Part shown: piece after piece, positions 1 through 14,516 of the stretch
Layout: the number at the start of each line of letters is the position of its first letter
Position numbering within the stretch: position 1 is the stretch's first letter
Source of the DNA: Schmidtea polychroa
Lineage: Eukaryota
Direction: 5' to 3'
Assembly (NCBI GenBank): GCA_044892525.1
Contig: CM097885.1
Coordinates: forward strand, 11,782,001-11,846,000
DNA: 64,000 bases
The notes under the pieces: generated by a model
What the model saw: the letters and a program-made list of their open reading frames with translations, nothing else
Told to the model about the DNA's origin: nothing
The model's database searches: none
Made by a program: the position numbers and the translations under genes

Positions 1-2
1 AT

Positions 3-2312
3 AATTTTACGGGCGTAAAAATTTATAAGTCGTTCACCGGTTTAGATTGTGTCGATCAATTTCTTACTGAAATTGAAATGATAGGGAAATATATTGTAAC
101 TCCTTATTATTATAAAAATTATCAAAAGAAAATGATAATTACAGATGAGTAGGAATTAATGTTTGAAAACAGCACATCATGTTATTTGTGCAATAAGCAT
201 TTAGTTAGTCCAGTTAGGGACCATGATCATTTTACCGGTCTATATCTTGGTGCCGCTTGTACAACTTGTAATCTGTCGAGGCAAATTAGACATACCCTTC
301 CTGTAGTATTTCATAATTTAAAGGGTTATGATCTGCATCATATCTTGAAATTTGGCCTTTCAAAATATCATTCATGGAATATTAGTTGTATTCCTTTAAC
401 TAGCGAGAAATTCCTTAGTCTTTTTGCTAGGATTGACTCATTAACTGTTAAATTTATAGACTCTTGTCAATTTGTCAGCGAGTCTTTAAATAATGCTGTC
501 AAAACTTTATCATCTTTACCATTGACCGAATCAGAATTTCAGGGTACAATAATAACTGCAAAGGGAATTTTTCCTTATGATGCCGCAACTTCATTAGAGG
601 TTTTACATAACACTCATCAGTTACCTCCTATTTGGAAAGATGTGACTCCCGCTGAATATGAGACAGCTCAGCGAATTTGGGTTGAAACTTCATGTACTTC
701 ACTTTTCGATTACATGATGGTTTATTTAAAACTTGATGTTTTCCTTTTAGCCGATTTTTTCCAGCAATTTAGAGCTAAGTCCATTGCTCATAACCGACTA
801 GAGCCATTAAATTTCTTAGGGATTCCAGGTATGTCTTGGAATTCAGCCTTATTAACTTTAAACTCTCCAATTGAGCTCCTCACCGATATGGAGATGTATA
901 ACTTTTTCGAGGGCGGTATCCGTGGCGGACTAACTTTTGTAAATAAACATTATGTAAAAACAGACCCGGATACCGCTTTGCTTTACATAGATATAAATAA
1001 TTTATACGGTTGGGCTTTAAGTCAACCATTACCTTGCAGTGACTTTGAATGGGTTACTGATGATAATTTATTAAATAATATAATTGTTGAATGCACAACA
1101 GTAGATTTAGATCTGCTTGATTATGGTTATACCATAGAAGTGGATTTAGAAATACCGACGTCAATTCACGACAAACTGGACGATCTTCCCGTTGCCGCTG
1201 AAAAGATGTGTGTACCGGGTTCGAGAATAGAGAAGCTGTTGCTTACACACAGCCCCAAGAGGAACTACGTTCTTCATTGGAGGCTTCTACAAATATTTAT
1301 TAAATTAGGTGTTAAAATATTAAAAACACATAGAGCAATTAAATTTAAACAAGATAAAATTTTCAAAAATTATATTAACACAAATACGGCGTTACGAGCA
1401 GCGTCGACAAATAAACTCGATAAAAATTTTTATAAATTATTAAACAACAGTCTTTACGGCAAGACTGTTGAAAATCTTAAAAAACGTATTAATTTACGTC
1501 TGTGTAATTCTTCACAGAGATTATTAACATTCTGTTCGAAACCGACTTTTCGTAAATCCACGAAAATCGATGATGACTTGATTTCGGTTTTATTGAGGAA
1601 GGACATAGTGTGTTTGAATAGACCTAGTTACATTGGTCAAACCGTACTTGATTTATCCAAACTTCGCATGTACCAGCTGCAGTATGAAGAGTTGCAAAAA
1701 TATCGCGATGAATTCAACTGCGAAATTAATATCGTTGCTGGAGACACAGATTCCTTCTTCTTGGAAATTAAACATTGTAGTCTTGACATTCTTTTACCTG
1801 CGATGATTAGAGATCAATTATTAGATACTTCGAATTATGACCCAAATCATCCTTTATATAGTAGGAACCTTGATTCTGTCATTGGTAAATTCAAAGACGA
1901 GAATAAAGGGTTATTATATAAAGATTGGGTGTTCTTGAGACCTAAATGTTACAGTTTGATGGGTGATGAGGAAAGTATGAAGGCTAAGGGGATAAGTATG
2001 AAAGATACTGGACTAACACACCAGTCGTATCTAGATTGCTATATAAATGATAAAATATACACAGTCCCTCAGTTTAGAATAACGTCAAAAAATCACCAAC
2101 TTTTTAGTATTAAAAATAATAAAAGAGCATTGACATGTAGAGATGATAAGCGAAATTGGGTGGATAAAAATCAAAGTTTGGCATATGGCCATTATAGGGG
2201 CGGTGACACCGTTATATTTCTAGATTCAACGGAAGCTATCTCAGCAGATGATACAGATGATTTCCATGATCCAGCAGATGATAATTATTTTGGACATGAT
2301 TATTTTCGATGA
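3..2312 (+). CDS. polB: Protein-primed family B DNA polymerase (Polinton type), 5' part outside window, in-frame TAG at 150-152
   Basis: Motifs RDHDHFTG..GAAC..CN, FHNLKGYD, KGIFPY, YIDINNLYG, KLLNNSLYGK, AGDTDSF, RPKCY and DDKR. The same frame reads PolB-like from base 3 (SFTGLDCVDQF) but is broken by one TAG before the 159 ATG. Confidence 0.93.
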
Positions 2313-2553
2313 TGTGTTTAAATTATTTAATAAATGTATTAGTCATATTGTCTTGAATATTTTTTAACTTTGTGAACAATTTTTATACATTGTGTGTAAT
2401 AATAATATGTTAAAGTTTTGTTAGTTACCTTTACCCAGTGTGTTAATAAATTTTAGTGTATATTTAAAGTATAATTTCTTTGTTAATGTCTTGAATATTT
2501 TTTAGCAGTACATTTGTGACCTTTACCTTTGTGACCTTTGTGAGCAGTACCCA

Positions 2554-3048
<495 letters not shown>

Positions 3049-3564
3049 CATTGCGAGTTGTTGAGCGTGACCAGTACCCTTACGAACAGTACCCATAGAG
3101 GGACAGAATATTTTGTCGGATAGACTCGGAGTATATAGATTAATAATAATTATATGACATTGAAAATGGTCTCGGGAAAACGATAATAACTTTGTCAATA
3201 TTAATGATGATGATACCTTCAATAGCTCATTCGAAAGGTCTTGCACTAGGCTTTAAAATGAGCTATCAATCGATAAAATAAAATGATTGGAACGATAAAC
3301 TTTTGGGCAAACGAAAACCAGGACTCCGCTGGACCACTAATAATATTTTGAATAATAATAATAATTTCACTATGAAAATAAGGTGGTCATCATTTGTTAA
3401 TAACTTTACCGATAATAATGATGATGATACCTTCAATAGCTCATTCGAAAGGTCTTGGATTGAGCTTTAAAATGAGCTATCGATGAATAATTTCCGTTGG
3501 CGGGAACTTTGAAAATATTTAAAAATAAAATAATAATATTTTTTAAAAATAATAATATGACCTT

Positions 3565-3746
3565 GATGAGTCATCACGATGAGTCACCACGATGAGTCAC
3601 CACGATGAGTCATCACGATGAGTCACCACGGTGAGTCACCACGGTGAGTCACCACGGTGAGTCGCCACGATGAGTCATCATGATGAGTCATCACGGTGAG
3701 TCACCACGGTGATGCATCACGATGAGTCATCATGATGAGTCATGGT
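3565..3746. repeat. 13-bp tandem array (14 units) of AP-1-like TGAGTCA palindromes
   Basis: Units G[A/G]TGAGTCA[T/C]CA[C/T] read directly; 12 of 14 have a perfect TGAGTCA. Confidence 0.9.
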
Positions 3747-3822
3747 CTTTGTTTAAAAAATTACCCCCCTCCCCGGGGGTGACTCATATGTCTTTGTTCC
3801 CGACTCCACACAATACCCTACT

Positions 3823-4174
3823 GCTAAGGTTAGAAGAAACCGAGTTAGGAATAGGCAAAGCGAATTAAGGAAATTAGGGAAAAGAAGACATAGAATTAGG
3901 AATACGGAAAGGTGAAAAAGGAACCAAATCAAGCAGAAACCGAGGAAAACGTGGGTCAAGAGAATCTAAAGGAATAAAAGGTGAATATTATCTATTTGCA
4001 AAGCATCAACGCCGAGCGGAGAACCGTTCAAACGGAACTTTGATTATTAATTGTAGAGTGGTGATAAAGAATTGTGAATCTGTTATTTTAATATACGTTG
4101 GGTCGTTTATTGTTTTGATTTAAAGGACACGAGGAGTCATAGGGAACCGACTTAAAGTAATCTAAAACCCAACA
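3823..4174 (+). mobile_element. LTR-like remnant (3' part) abutting the Polinton end
   Basis: Purine-rich, ends in AACCCAACA, and its 3' part resembles the ends of 14517-15473 and 42549-43259. Confidence 0.35.
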
Positions 4175-6709
4175 TAAATATTGTAGAGAAATTAATTCTC
4201 AATTCATTTTATAATTTAATACGTTAATCAAACATAAGACAAATTTTTCAACTAGGTTTTCGTCATTACCAAATTATTTAATCGAAAAGTTATCAACGGC
4301 AAAGTTGTAGAGAAAATTATTTTCTATGTGTTACTTTTTAAATAAAATTTAAAATGTCAATATTAAAAATATTTTCTTTGTTTTAAAAATAAGTTCTTTG
4401 TTCTATTTTTGTGTGTAATAAAATTTAAATGATTTATAAAGGTTTTTTATTTTTTTATAAATTTTTATATTTTCTGTTGAGTGTCAAACAATAGTGGAAC
4501 CGTGAAGCATTTGGACACATAACTTCCATTTATAGTTCATGGACTATGAAAATGTTTCCTAACTATAGGTCATCAAAGTGAGCTCAAATTTTATTAACAT
4601 TAGTCCATTCGACATTTGAAAAAAGATAAAGAACGAAAATAAATAAAGCGAAATTTTTATTTAGTTATTTTATTGCATAGTTACTAATTAGATGTGTCAC
4701 CAAACATTTTTATTTTTAAAAATGAGTGTAGATCCCGAAATATTTGGGAATCACTGCTCTACTTTATCTGAAACAAAAAATGATTACCAGATTTGAGATT
4801 TTGATCACTAAGCTTTAAGGCTAATTTGGCATTTCAGTCAAAAAATGTCCACTTATCGAAATATTAATCAAGTATTGCTTGGTAAACCATATTTGAAGAG
4901 CTTTTTTAAGAGGAATTATTTTTATTGCAAGAACTTGATAAAGAGGTACTCTGATCTGAGTTCTCTTCACTTAACTCAATGAGGCAATCAGTTCAGGGAA
5001 TTGGGTCTGGTTTTCGGTAATATTTGTTATCATTGTTTATCTAAACAAAATTTCTTTGTTCCCAAACAGAAAAAAATGTGTATGACTGATATAATAAGAG
5101 TACAATTTATTAAAAGCTATTTTGTCAAATTACCTTCAGTATTTACTTTATATATTTTCTCGCTCCATTGATAAGTCATATTGTATGAAGAAGATCATGA
5201 AATTGCGAATGTCAGGGTGAAAAATCTTTACTATGTTTTTAGTTGACTAGAAATTTTTGGTCTTTTTTCAGAATGGAAATAAATAAAATATCATCAAAAT
5301 AAAATTATTTTATAATATTTTTTGATAACAAATTAAATTATAAAATATTTTTGTGCAAATATGAATAAAATAATTATCTAAAATAAATGTACTAAATTGC
5401 TATCTTAAAGTTAAATTTTATTATAATAAAATAGTTATTGCTGTTAGAAGACTTTGGAGACTTAAGATTTATTATTATTAAAAACTGATCATCCCTCCGA
5501 AAGAATAAATTATATTGTTAGTCTCTTGAGCAAGATACACACGCATGCATAATACAATATCGCATCTTTGACATTCTGACATACATTGCTTAATATTCAG
5601 TCATAACAATTCAACATCAGTAAATATTATTTCAGATAGGTATTATTTACAATTATCCTAAAATTACCATTTACTATAATTTATTACAATTTATAATTAC
5701 AAATTATTAAAGATTAGGTTTTTATTTAAAGCTTTAGCAATTATAATAATATAAGTGTAAAAACTCTAACAAAAGATAATTAAAATTTAATTAAAGAAAT
5801 AAATAAAACAGAATTAGGATCTAATACATAAAAGTTAAATTGCAATTTAAATGGACTGAGGTTTATTTGATCCCGATGCACAGAATGAAAGTTAACACTG
5901 TTGTATTATTATAAAGAAATCATATTGTACCGGATTTTCTCAAAACTAAGACCATGATCTTACTTTCAAGTGGTCTTACTTTCGAGAAAAAATATGCAAT
6001 ATTCAAAAAAAAATTATTATTTTAGAAATTTTACAATTTTCAAAAAAATTAAATTTTGTTTTAGTAATTTTTAAATTTTTAAATTATCATCCTTTTTATA
6101 TGCAGCATCGTCGTACTCTTCCAGTAAAGAAAAAACTAGAGGCATTTATGTTTTATGAATATTTCAGTAAATTCTTTAATTAATATATTTATCGTTGGAT
6201 TGACATCCCCTTTTAAACAGCATTCTTTTAAATTCATTAGTTGATTTATTTTTACACTATCTACAGCCTGTAATTTAATATCAAAACAATTCATCATTTC
6301 TACGCCTACAATTACACTAGGTTAATTTTATTTGCCACAAATAATCTAATTGCAAATTCTTATCCATAAATCCGCACTTTAATAATATCGTTCCCGTGAC
6401 TTTAAACTTGCTTCGGTTGGCAAAAGTAACACCAATATTACATTTCCATATTTTAATATCATTGCTAATAATTTTTATTCTGCCCTGGATAACCAAAAAA
6501 CAATCCACTTTAATTTTATTTTCTATCCAAATACCTTCATTTTCTCATAAATGATGTTAGGTGCTAATAATCTTTCTTTATTTTCTAAAATTTATTAATT
6601 ATATCAATATTCAATATCTTTTCAACTTTATTTTTTATTTTCGTATTTAAAGTTCATACGTTTGCAATCATTCATAAATACATTTATTTTTAAATCTTTT
6701 TTTCAATTT

Positions 6710-6815
6710 TCACCTCTGATTTCTTTTCAATTGACATTTTATTTATTAGACATTTTGTTACTATGAATCAGTAGACATTAAAAAAAACATCGATAAGTTT
6801 ACTGAGTCATAGTTA
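6710..6815. repeat. Palindromic dispersed repeat (MITE-like), copy 1
   Basis: actatgaatcagta...tactgagtcatagt inverted arms; related copies at about 50618-50757 and 51448-51572. Confidence 0.6.
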
Positions 6816-7634
6816 AGGAATGCAAAGCCGGTAAACGATTAACCGGTTTTACCTGTCAATTTGATTACCGAAATTACCGGTAATTTTGGCAATTTTTTTG
6901 AAATTATTTCAATATTATCCTTGAAAAATAACTTAACTATATTTTAAATTCATATCCGTTATCCAAATTCACCAATTAAAATTATAAGTCCTGAAAATTG
7001 TGTTAATTTGAGGTCATAGTAGAAATTCGTTTCAATTTGTGAAGTTTACATTAGAGTTCATTGTAATTCGGCTATCTTATTTTAAATATTGGTTTAAGTA
7101 TTTCATAATTGTGTTAAATCGTGTCTTGAATCATAGTCAAATAATCTCTAATAAATATTTTTAAATCATCTTTAAATTCATTCATTATGAAAATTTTAAA
7201 ATTCAAATTCAAACATTCTGTATAAATATTACACTTATTTGAACCAATTTAATGGCTCCTAAACATTTTCTTGAAACTGGAGCTTTCCCTTTTAACTATT
7301 CGCCATTTTTCTGAATTTCATTCTGCAGAATTAAATTGCCTTCATTATATCCGGAATCGTACATCGAATTGCCTTGTTTTCGGTGTTTTCTTCTGTTCAA
7401 AAATTGATTTCTGCTTTAATATTGTCAAACTATTTTAACTTCCATTTTAACTTTCTTCAGCTGGCATATTTTACTGTCTTAATTGAGTTTCTTCTGATGT
7501 CTCAGCATTGATACTTGAAAGGATCATTTTTGGAACATTGAGAACATTTTACATTTAGGCATTCTAGTCGAATGTGTCCACACACCTAACATCACAACAC
7601 TTTAAAATGTTTAGCCCCGTTAATATTAATAGAT

Positions 7635-7788
<154 letters not shown>

Positions 7789-8097
7789 TAAATTAGATTA
7801 ATATCTGTATATTTTACATTTTACATTATAATTTTATTTTATTCCATATATGAATTTTCAATTTTTATAATAAATCGCTGTTTTGATGGTGGATATTTTA
7901 GCCACTCGCTATTTTGTGATCGCTATTATTAACGTAAATCATTTAGAAAAAGGAGTATTATTATTTTTAGAGATTATATTCATACAGATCACATACATGC
8001 TTATTTCTCTACATTGCACACAAACACTCCCGCGTCAGTCATCAGACATCGAAGTCATAGTTACATGGCTATATAATTAGTTTGTTATAAATTATTA

Positions 8098-8317
8098 CAC
8101 CCATACCTTGCTATACGGCCGCTCTTTAATTAAGGCGCGTTTTCGATTTACCGCCTAAAATGTTTCGCTATAACGGCATAAAAAAACTTTTTTTCGATGT
8201 CGATATATCTACATGTTGCCAATTTTACGCAAGCGCAATCTCGATTTCATACACGGCTTTTCGCTTTGCGGCCAAGTTTCGTGGAACGTATGTAGGCCGT
8301 AAAGCGAGGTATGGGTG
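8098..8317. mobile_element. Tc1/mariner-pogo-type MITE
   Basis: 23-bp TIRs CACCCATACCT[T/C]GCT[A/T]TACGGCC flanked by TA on both sides. Confidence 0.8.
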
Positions 8318-8327
8318 TATTATATTA

Positions 8328-9928
8328 AGTAGTAGGATATGTCACCTCCAGGACACCCACCTCCCACCAGGAAAAAAATATTAAGCTAAAAAAAGTTTTT
8401 TAAGTTAATAATATGTAGGTCAAGTCAAATGTTTTGAATTTCCACTATTTTCCCATGGTTTTTCGCGAAATTTTTCTAAGTTCATATGAAATTGGACTGA
8501 TTTTATCGATTTTTTCACAAATTTTTCTAAGTTCTTATCTAGGTCAAGTCAACTTTAAACATGTGTCATCTCCAAGACACTATATAAAATAAGTAGGTCA
8601 AGTTAAAATTAAGCAGGTAAAGTTAAAAATAAGTAGGTCAAGTTACTTTAAACATGTGTCACCTCCAGGACACTATATAAATGCAATTAGTGTAATTAGC
8701 TCGTACCATCCACCATTAGATTGGACCCATGGCAAAACCTTACATTCAATAATCTGTAAAAAATAATAATAATAATAATTAAAAGATAAATAAATAAAAT
8801 ACTTCTACAGACAATTGAAGAGGCATTCCTTAACAAATTCGCCATCAGAAAATGCTTCCCCCCCTTAGCTATAGCTACTTTGCAACGACAATTGTTTCTT
8901 GGCATATTAGGCACATTATCCTACTAAAGAGTTCCATTACAAAATAGTCTACAGTCCAAGATGCTCTGAAAAGTCTTCCTTCTGTGTCAATTTTTCATTT
9001 TTTGCTAGTATTCATATTCGTCGCTATTTTTCTCTGTGAAATAAAAAAACATCAGTTAAAAATTGATTAATTTATATTTTTTAACAGCAATATCTTAGTA
9101 AGTAAGTTGAGCAATACGCGTTTTTTTGAAAAAACTACTTGACTGATTCCAGTTCGTGCCGCAGCAGCTGAGAAACGGCTCCTTTTTTTTCTATCTACAG
9201 TGTGAAACAGCTAATTCTACTTGCGGAAGCGTTATAAATGTGATCGTAGTGGCGTCGCTGTAGCACAAATATATTAGTCCTTCAAACCAAAATGTTCACA
9301 CGAAGGTTTAGCAAAATAAATCGATTTTTTTACCTTCACGCAAAAATAGCCATTCGGACATCTTCATGTGCGCGTAAAGTACATTACAGCGTCTTATATC
9401 ATCGTTTGTAATGATTAAAAATTAACGAAAAACATGTAGTGACAAATACTTTTGTGATAACGTTGCGGGCCGCATATAAGACCTCGGCGGGCCACGTGTT
9501 GGACACCTCTGTTATATAGCCGTGACCTACATATTTGTATAGTGTCATGGAGGTGACACATGTTTAAAGTAACTTGACCTACTTATTTTTAACTTGACAA
9601 ACTTACTTTAAAACTATATAGTCGTGACCTACATATTTAAAAAATTATATAGTTTTGACCTTCTTAATTTATATAGTGTCCTGGAGGTGACACATGTTTA
9701 AAGTTAACTTGACCTACATAAAAACTTAGAAAATTTGTGAAAAAATCGATAAAATCAGTTCAATTTCATAAAAACTTAGAAATATTTCGCGATAAACCAT
9801 GGGAAAATAGTTAAAATTCAAAAAATTTGATTTGACCTACATATTTTTAACTTAAAAAAAAATTTTAGCTTAATATTTTTTTCCTGGGGGAGGGGAGGGG
9901 TGTCCTGGAGGTGACATATCCTACTACT
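8328..9928. mobile_element. Non-autonomous mini-Polinton (1.6 kb)
   Basis: Termini AGTAGTAGGATATGTCACCTCCAGGACAC and its reverse complement. Imperfect TIRs of about 350-400 bp. Flanks ATATTA/ATATCA form a 6-bp TSD with one mismatch. Confidence 0.8.
8800..9511 (-). pseudogene. Internally deleted hAT (SPIN/Charlie-like) 5' fragment inside the mini-Polinton
   Basis: Terminus CAGAGGTGTCCAACACGTGGCCCG at 9511. Minus-strand peptides KIDTEGRLFRASWTVDYF..CLICQETIVVAK and IAKGGK/FSDGEFVKECL. Confidence 0.7.
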
Positions 9929-11152
9929 ATATCACCTTACAGACCGTATGTTACAGTTGCAATAGTGGATAAGCAATAATTGTCAAACCAATCCAGAATC
10001 ATATAAATCTGATAAATGCTATATTGATAATTGTAAATTTTTAAATATTAAATTGATTCTGATCATTTTCTGTTTCTTTTCACGCTCACATTCATGCTCT
10101 CAACCATATACTAATTTTTATTATTCTACGAAAATATATTTCATTTACAGTAGCAAAAAAAAATCTTCTATTTTATTGTCCCCTTTGATTTGTTTTGGTT
10201 TTCTTGAATTTTTTTTTATTTTCATTACGACTATTGATTAAAAATATGAAAAATCAAAATATGTTGAAATAGAATAATTTTAACCATTAATTATAAAACT
10301 ATTATCTATCGTAAACAAAATTTCATCTTGATTTTCTAGCTTCAAAATACTTTTACGTCATTTGCATCATCTTCAAAAAACAACTAACAATCTAAATTTA
10401 AAACAAACAACAAATTAAAACAAGAAATGCAATAAAAGAACAAATTTTCCAAAAACTCACAACAAACAAATTTGGCTTTTTCATAAATTCTCAAGTCGAT
10501 TGCCCCATAATTAGACTTAAGTTTCAAAAAATTACAGAAGAAACGAGAATTAATTAAAACTCAATCGAATGCTTCATTTTCTGAGGAAAATACATTCTTA
10601 TTTTGTTTTATCGAGAAATAATCTGACTAAAATTTTGTTTAAATGATCTCCTGATAAAGAAAATCTACGAAAAATGAGGGAAATTAATTGAGAAATTAGT
10701 TGAACAAATCATCCCCTCCATCGAAATCGTTATGCCTGACTGAGTAGTTGCACAATCATTTATTCACTAATGACTATAACTGCGATTTTCAGTTAGATTT
10801 TTCATTTCCAACTTGAATTTATTATCAATTATGATATATAATTACAAGTATAAGTACCCGTATTAAGACTGTTGTATTACGGCCTAGAAAAATTATAATA
10901 AACTTCATGATGTAAAGTACTTTTTAAGCAGATCTTTAATTATTACATGTTTTTAACGATTTGTTCATATGAAGCATAATTAATTAGATTTGTGATAGAA
11001 TTAAAATAATAGATTAAACAATATGGTTTCCAAATTTTTATTACCATTACTATAACTATTAGGGGAAAATTCAAATCAATAAGTTAAATTCATTTAAAAT
11101 AAGTGTTTTATATTTAACATAGTATAAATTGTAATAGAAAGATAGTAAAGTC

Positions 11153-11820
11153 CAAGGACGTAGCTAGGGGAGGGCATTTGTCCACACCCCTCCCAAATAA
11201 ATTATAGATTATCAAATGTATATTAGGGATGAAATATTTTAATAAAACCTTTATTTTGGTTTTTTTATGAGAATTGTATGAGAATAAAAAAACTAAAAAA
11301 AATGGACGAAGAACTTCAAAATTTTTATAACCTTAATTGATTTCTATCAAAAAGATATTGCTTGTAACAAAAAAACTCTTGAATATGAGTTTAAGTTGTG
11401 CTACAAAAAATTTGAAGAAATTAAAATTAATATGTGATCCAATTTTTTATAGAAATATTTATATTCTTCTCACAATATTTTCTACTTTGCCGGTATCAAC
11501 CTGTATAGCAGTGCGTTCTTTTTTATCATTTAAATACCTGAAGTCATATTTAAGAAATACGATGGATGAAAAAGGTTAAACGGTTTGGTTTAGTTATATA
11601 TTCATCAAGACAATAAATAAATCCGGATGAAATACTTTATGAATTAATGAAGGGACAAAGACCAATTAATATTATATTGTAATATATTCTGTGTAATATA
11701 CATTGTTAATAATTAATAATTTGTTAATTATCTTAAAATATTTTTTTCTATTTTTCCGTGTCAACTTTTAACATTGCTCGAAGAATTGCCCTCGAAGCTG
11801 AAATCCTGGCTACGTCCCTG
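11153..11820 (+). mobile_element. Non-autonomous hAT element with a transposase dimerisation-domain remnant
   Basis: TIRs CA[A/G]GGACGTAGC[T/C]AGG and exact 8-bp TSD GTAAAGTC. ORF 11337-11579 reads TLPVSTCIAVRSF..LKSYLRNTM. Confidence 0.88.
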
Positions 11821-14516
11821 GTAAAGTCTCTCTAATTTTCCAACTTTGGGAATTAATTTTTTTGGCTAATTTGAAAGGGGTAAAATATAACTAGTTTTAT
11901 TTATAAATTTCAACACAAAAAAAAACGATTACTCTATTTTTTTTGAAAAAAATTAGATAATTAAAAAGTATATTTATTTCCTAACTAACCAATCTTTTAA
12001 GTTAAAAGGCTGAATAGTTTCAATTATGTAATTACTAATATAATATTATATTTCTAAATTTCGTCAAATGATTAACCAATTTATATTTCAAAAGAAACTT
12101 GGCGAATTTTAGAGACTTTACTGTATGTTTCTATAGTTGGTAAATTATGCTTAATCAGATCGAGAAATGTTGATTTTCAGGTAACATTGAAATAAAATTG
12201 TCAGGTTGTCGATTAAAATTAGAAGATATTGTGAAATCTTTAGTAAATGGTGTCAACAAGTGTCTCAAGGAGTGTAACAATTATTTAAAAATCCGCATTT
12301 TTCAGCAGAAATTTATAAAAGTAACCTCAGAAGGGAAAACAGAGTACAACTTCTCTTTCAAAATCCTTTAATTGCAATTTGTGTCCTAAATTTTGCGAGT
12401 GAATGTAATGCAGGACACCCATTGTACATTAAAATTGTATATTAAAATTGCTTTGAAATCTACACATCGCCAGACTCATCTTCTGACTTCTTGGATGATG
12501 AAACGGCTACACATTAATGATCTCCTTCGCAGCTCGGTGGCTGTAGCTTCCATTCAACTCTGGTGCCAAAAAAAGATCATTTATTAAATTTAATCAAATA
12601 TTTACTCCTTCGCGAAACAAATATTTTTGGCTAGTTGAAATTGTCTTTTAACGATGTACCTGAATAAATTAAATTATTTTACTAGAAATTCTTATTATTA
12701 AAACGGAAGTTTTCTTCATTTTCTGTATTATAAACTATTTGCTGCATAAACTTCTAAGCGCCAAAAACTCCTGCCTTTGGTAATAGGACAGTAATTAAGG
12801 CTGTGTTGAAAATTTGTGTTTATTTTGAATTTATTGTCTTTATTATCTTTAAAATGAAAAAAAATGAAAATAAAGCCTTGGTTTAAAAAATTTCGAAAAA
12901 ACAAAAATATTTTATCAATTGCAATCTCTGAACATCTGTTATAAATTGCCGCTGATTTTGAAAAATGAGAATAACAAGTATTTTAGTAGGGTCGGAAAGA
13001 TCTCAAAGCTGGCCTATATTTCTTTCTATTGTTCTCAAGTATCCTTAATTATGTCAGAAAAAGGACAATTATTATTTTAAATCATTGAAAAGCATTTGTT
13101 TTGTTTACTAAAGCTTAATAATATTTTTCGTTACTTCATTTTTCATAAAAAACTGTAAACTTTTATCTTCACTTTTTAATCGATCTGTTTTATTTTGGTT
13201 TTGAAATTTATTTATAAAATTTTACCTAAAGTTTATTACATCAAAGCGCAATTGATAATGGCTAATTGGACATTAAATAAAATCCAATCAATTGTGCTTT
13301 GTGCTGATTTTAATATTAACGGTAATTTATGTTAAATTTTATGTAATTAAATGATTTATTTGCTTTTTTATTTAATATTGTTAGCCGCGACGAAGATGTA
13401 ATAGGCTCTATTAGAAGCTGCTAGCACATCTTCTAAATTATTTTTTAAATCCGGTTCAAAAGTTAACGACATAATTCCAAGTATTTATTATCTGACATAT
13501 TGTATAATTTTAAACAAATTTTCAGCGTTGAATAAAATATTTTCAAAACCATTTATCAAAATTTAAATATTTAAAATATATTTATTTAAAAATTTTTCAT
13601 TAATAAAACTTCTTTTTTAAAAAGCTATTTTAAATTTTTAATTCAAAAATTTCAACTTAAAAAATCAAATTTAAAAATTATTTAAAAGTTATTTTAATAG
13701 TCAATTATTTACAATTTAAAATTATTTTGATAAATCATTGAAATATTTAACTCAAAGCTGAAAACACCTCACAGGCTCATTTTGGAAATCAAAAGTCATA
13801 AGTTTATTAAACCAAAATCTGAATTTCTGAATTTCTTTTCTTTTCAAATATTTAAACAAAAATTTTTAATCCATTCATCAAAATAAACATTGTTATAAAT
13901 TTTATTTCCTTTTTTTTCAAAATTAAAATTTCTTATATTACATTAAAATTTTATAAAAACTTTCACAAATATTTTTATAAATTCTTACAAATTTGTTAAT
14001 TGCTATTTTAATCAATGGACTGCATATCACAAATATAAATATTTTTATGACTTTATGATTAAAGAGGAAAGATATTTATATATTTATTTTAACATGAACA
14101 AAAATTTCACATTTCTCCTAGAATACCTTGTTTCGTCATATATTTAGGATAGAACCCTTTAATGTGATGATAGGAATTTCTCAAATTACTCTAATCTGGT
14201 TCTTGGAGTTCTACATTAATTGCTTGGCGTATTGCAGAAAACCTATTATTGAAACTTATTCTGCTAAATTCATGAGCTGAGAAAACTTTAATCCTTTCTA
14301 CCTTTTTAATTTTACTAAATACAATCTAGGTGAAGTTTAAAATGGTTAGCATCAGAGATATCATTAAATGTACTCATATTTAATCGTTTTAAAATAAAAA
14401 ATTTGGAATTTATTAAATGTCCAGGAGTTTACTTAATGTTCATTTGTGTGTAATTTTTAATATATAGAATTTGTGAACCGTGCTTGAATTATTTTTCTTC
14501 TAACAGTGAATTTTTC

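Noticed and set aside
3565..3746. CRISPR-like appearance of short repeat arrays (also 59590-60195 and 61533-61690)
   Set aside because: No unique spacers and no cas genes, in a eukaryotic context.
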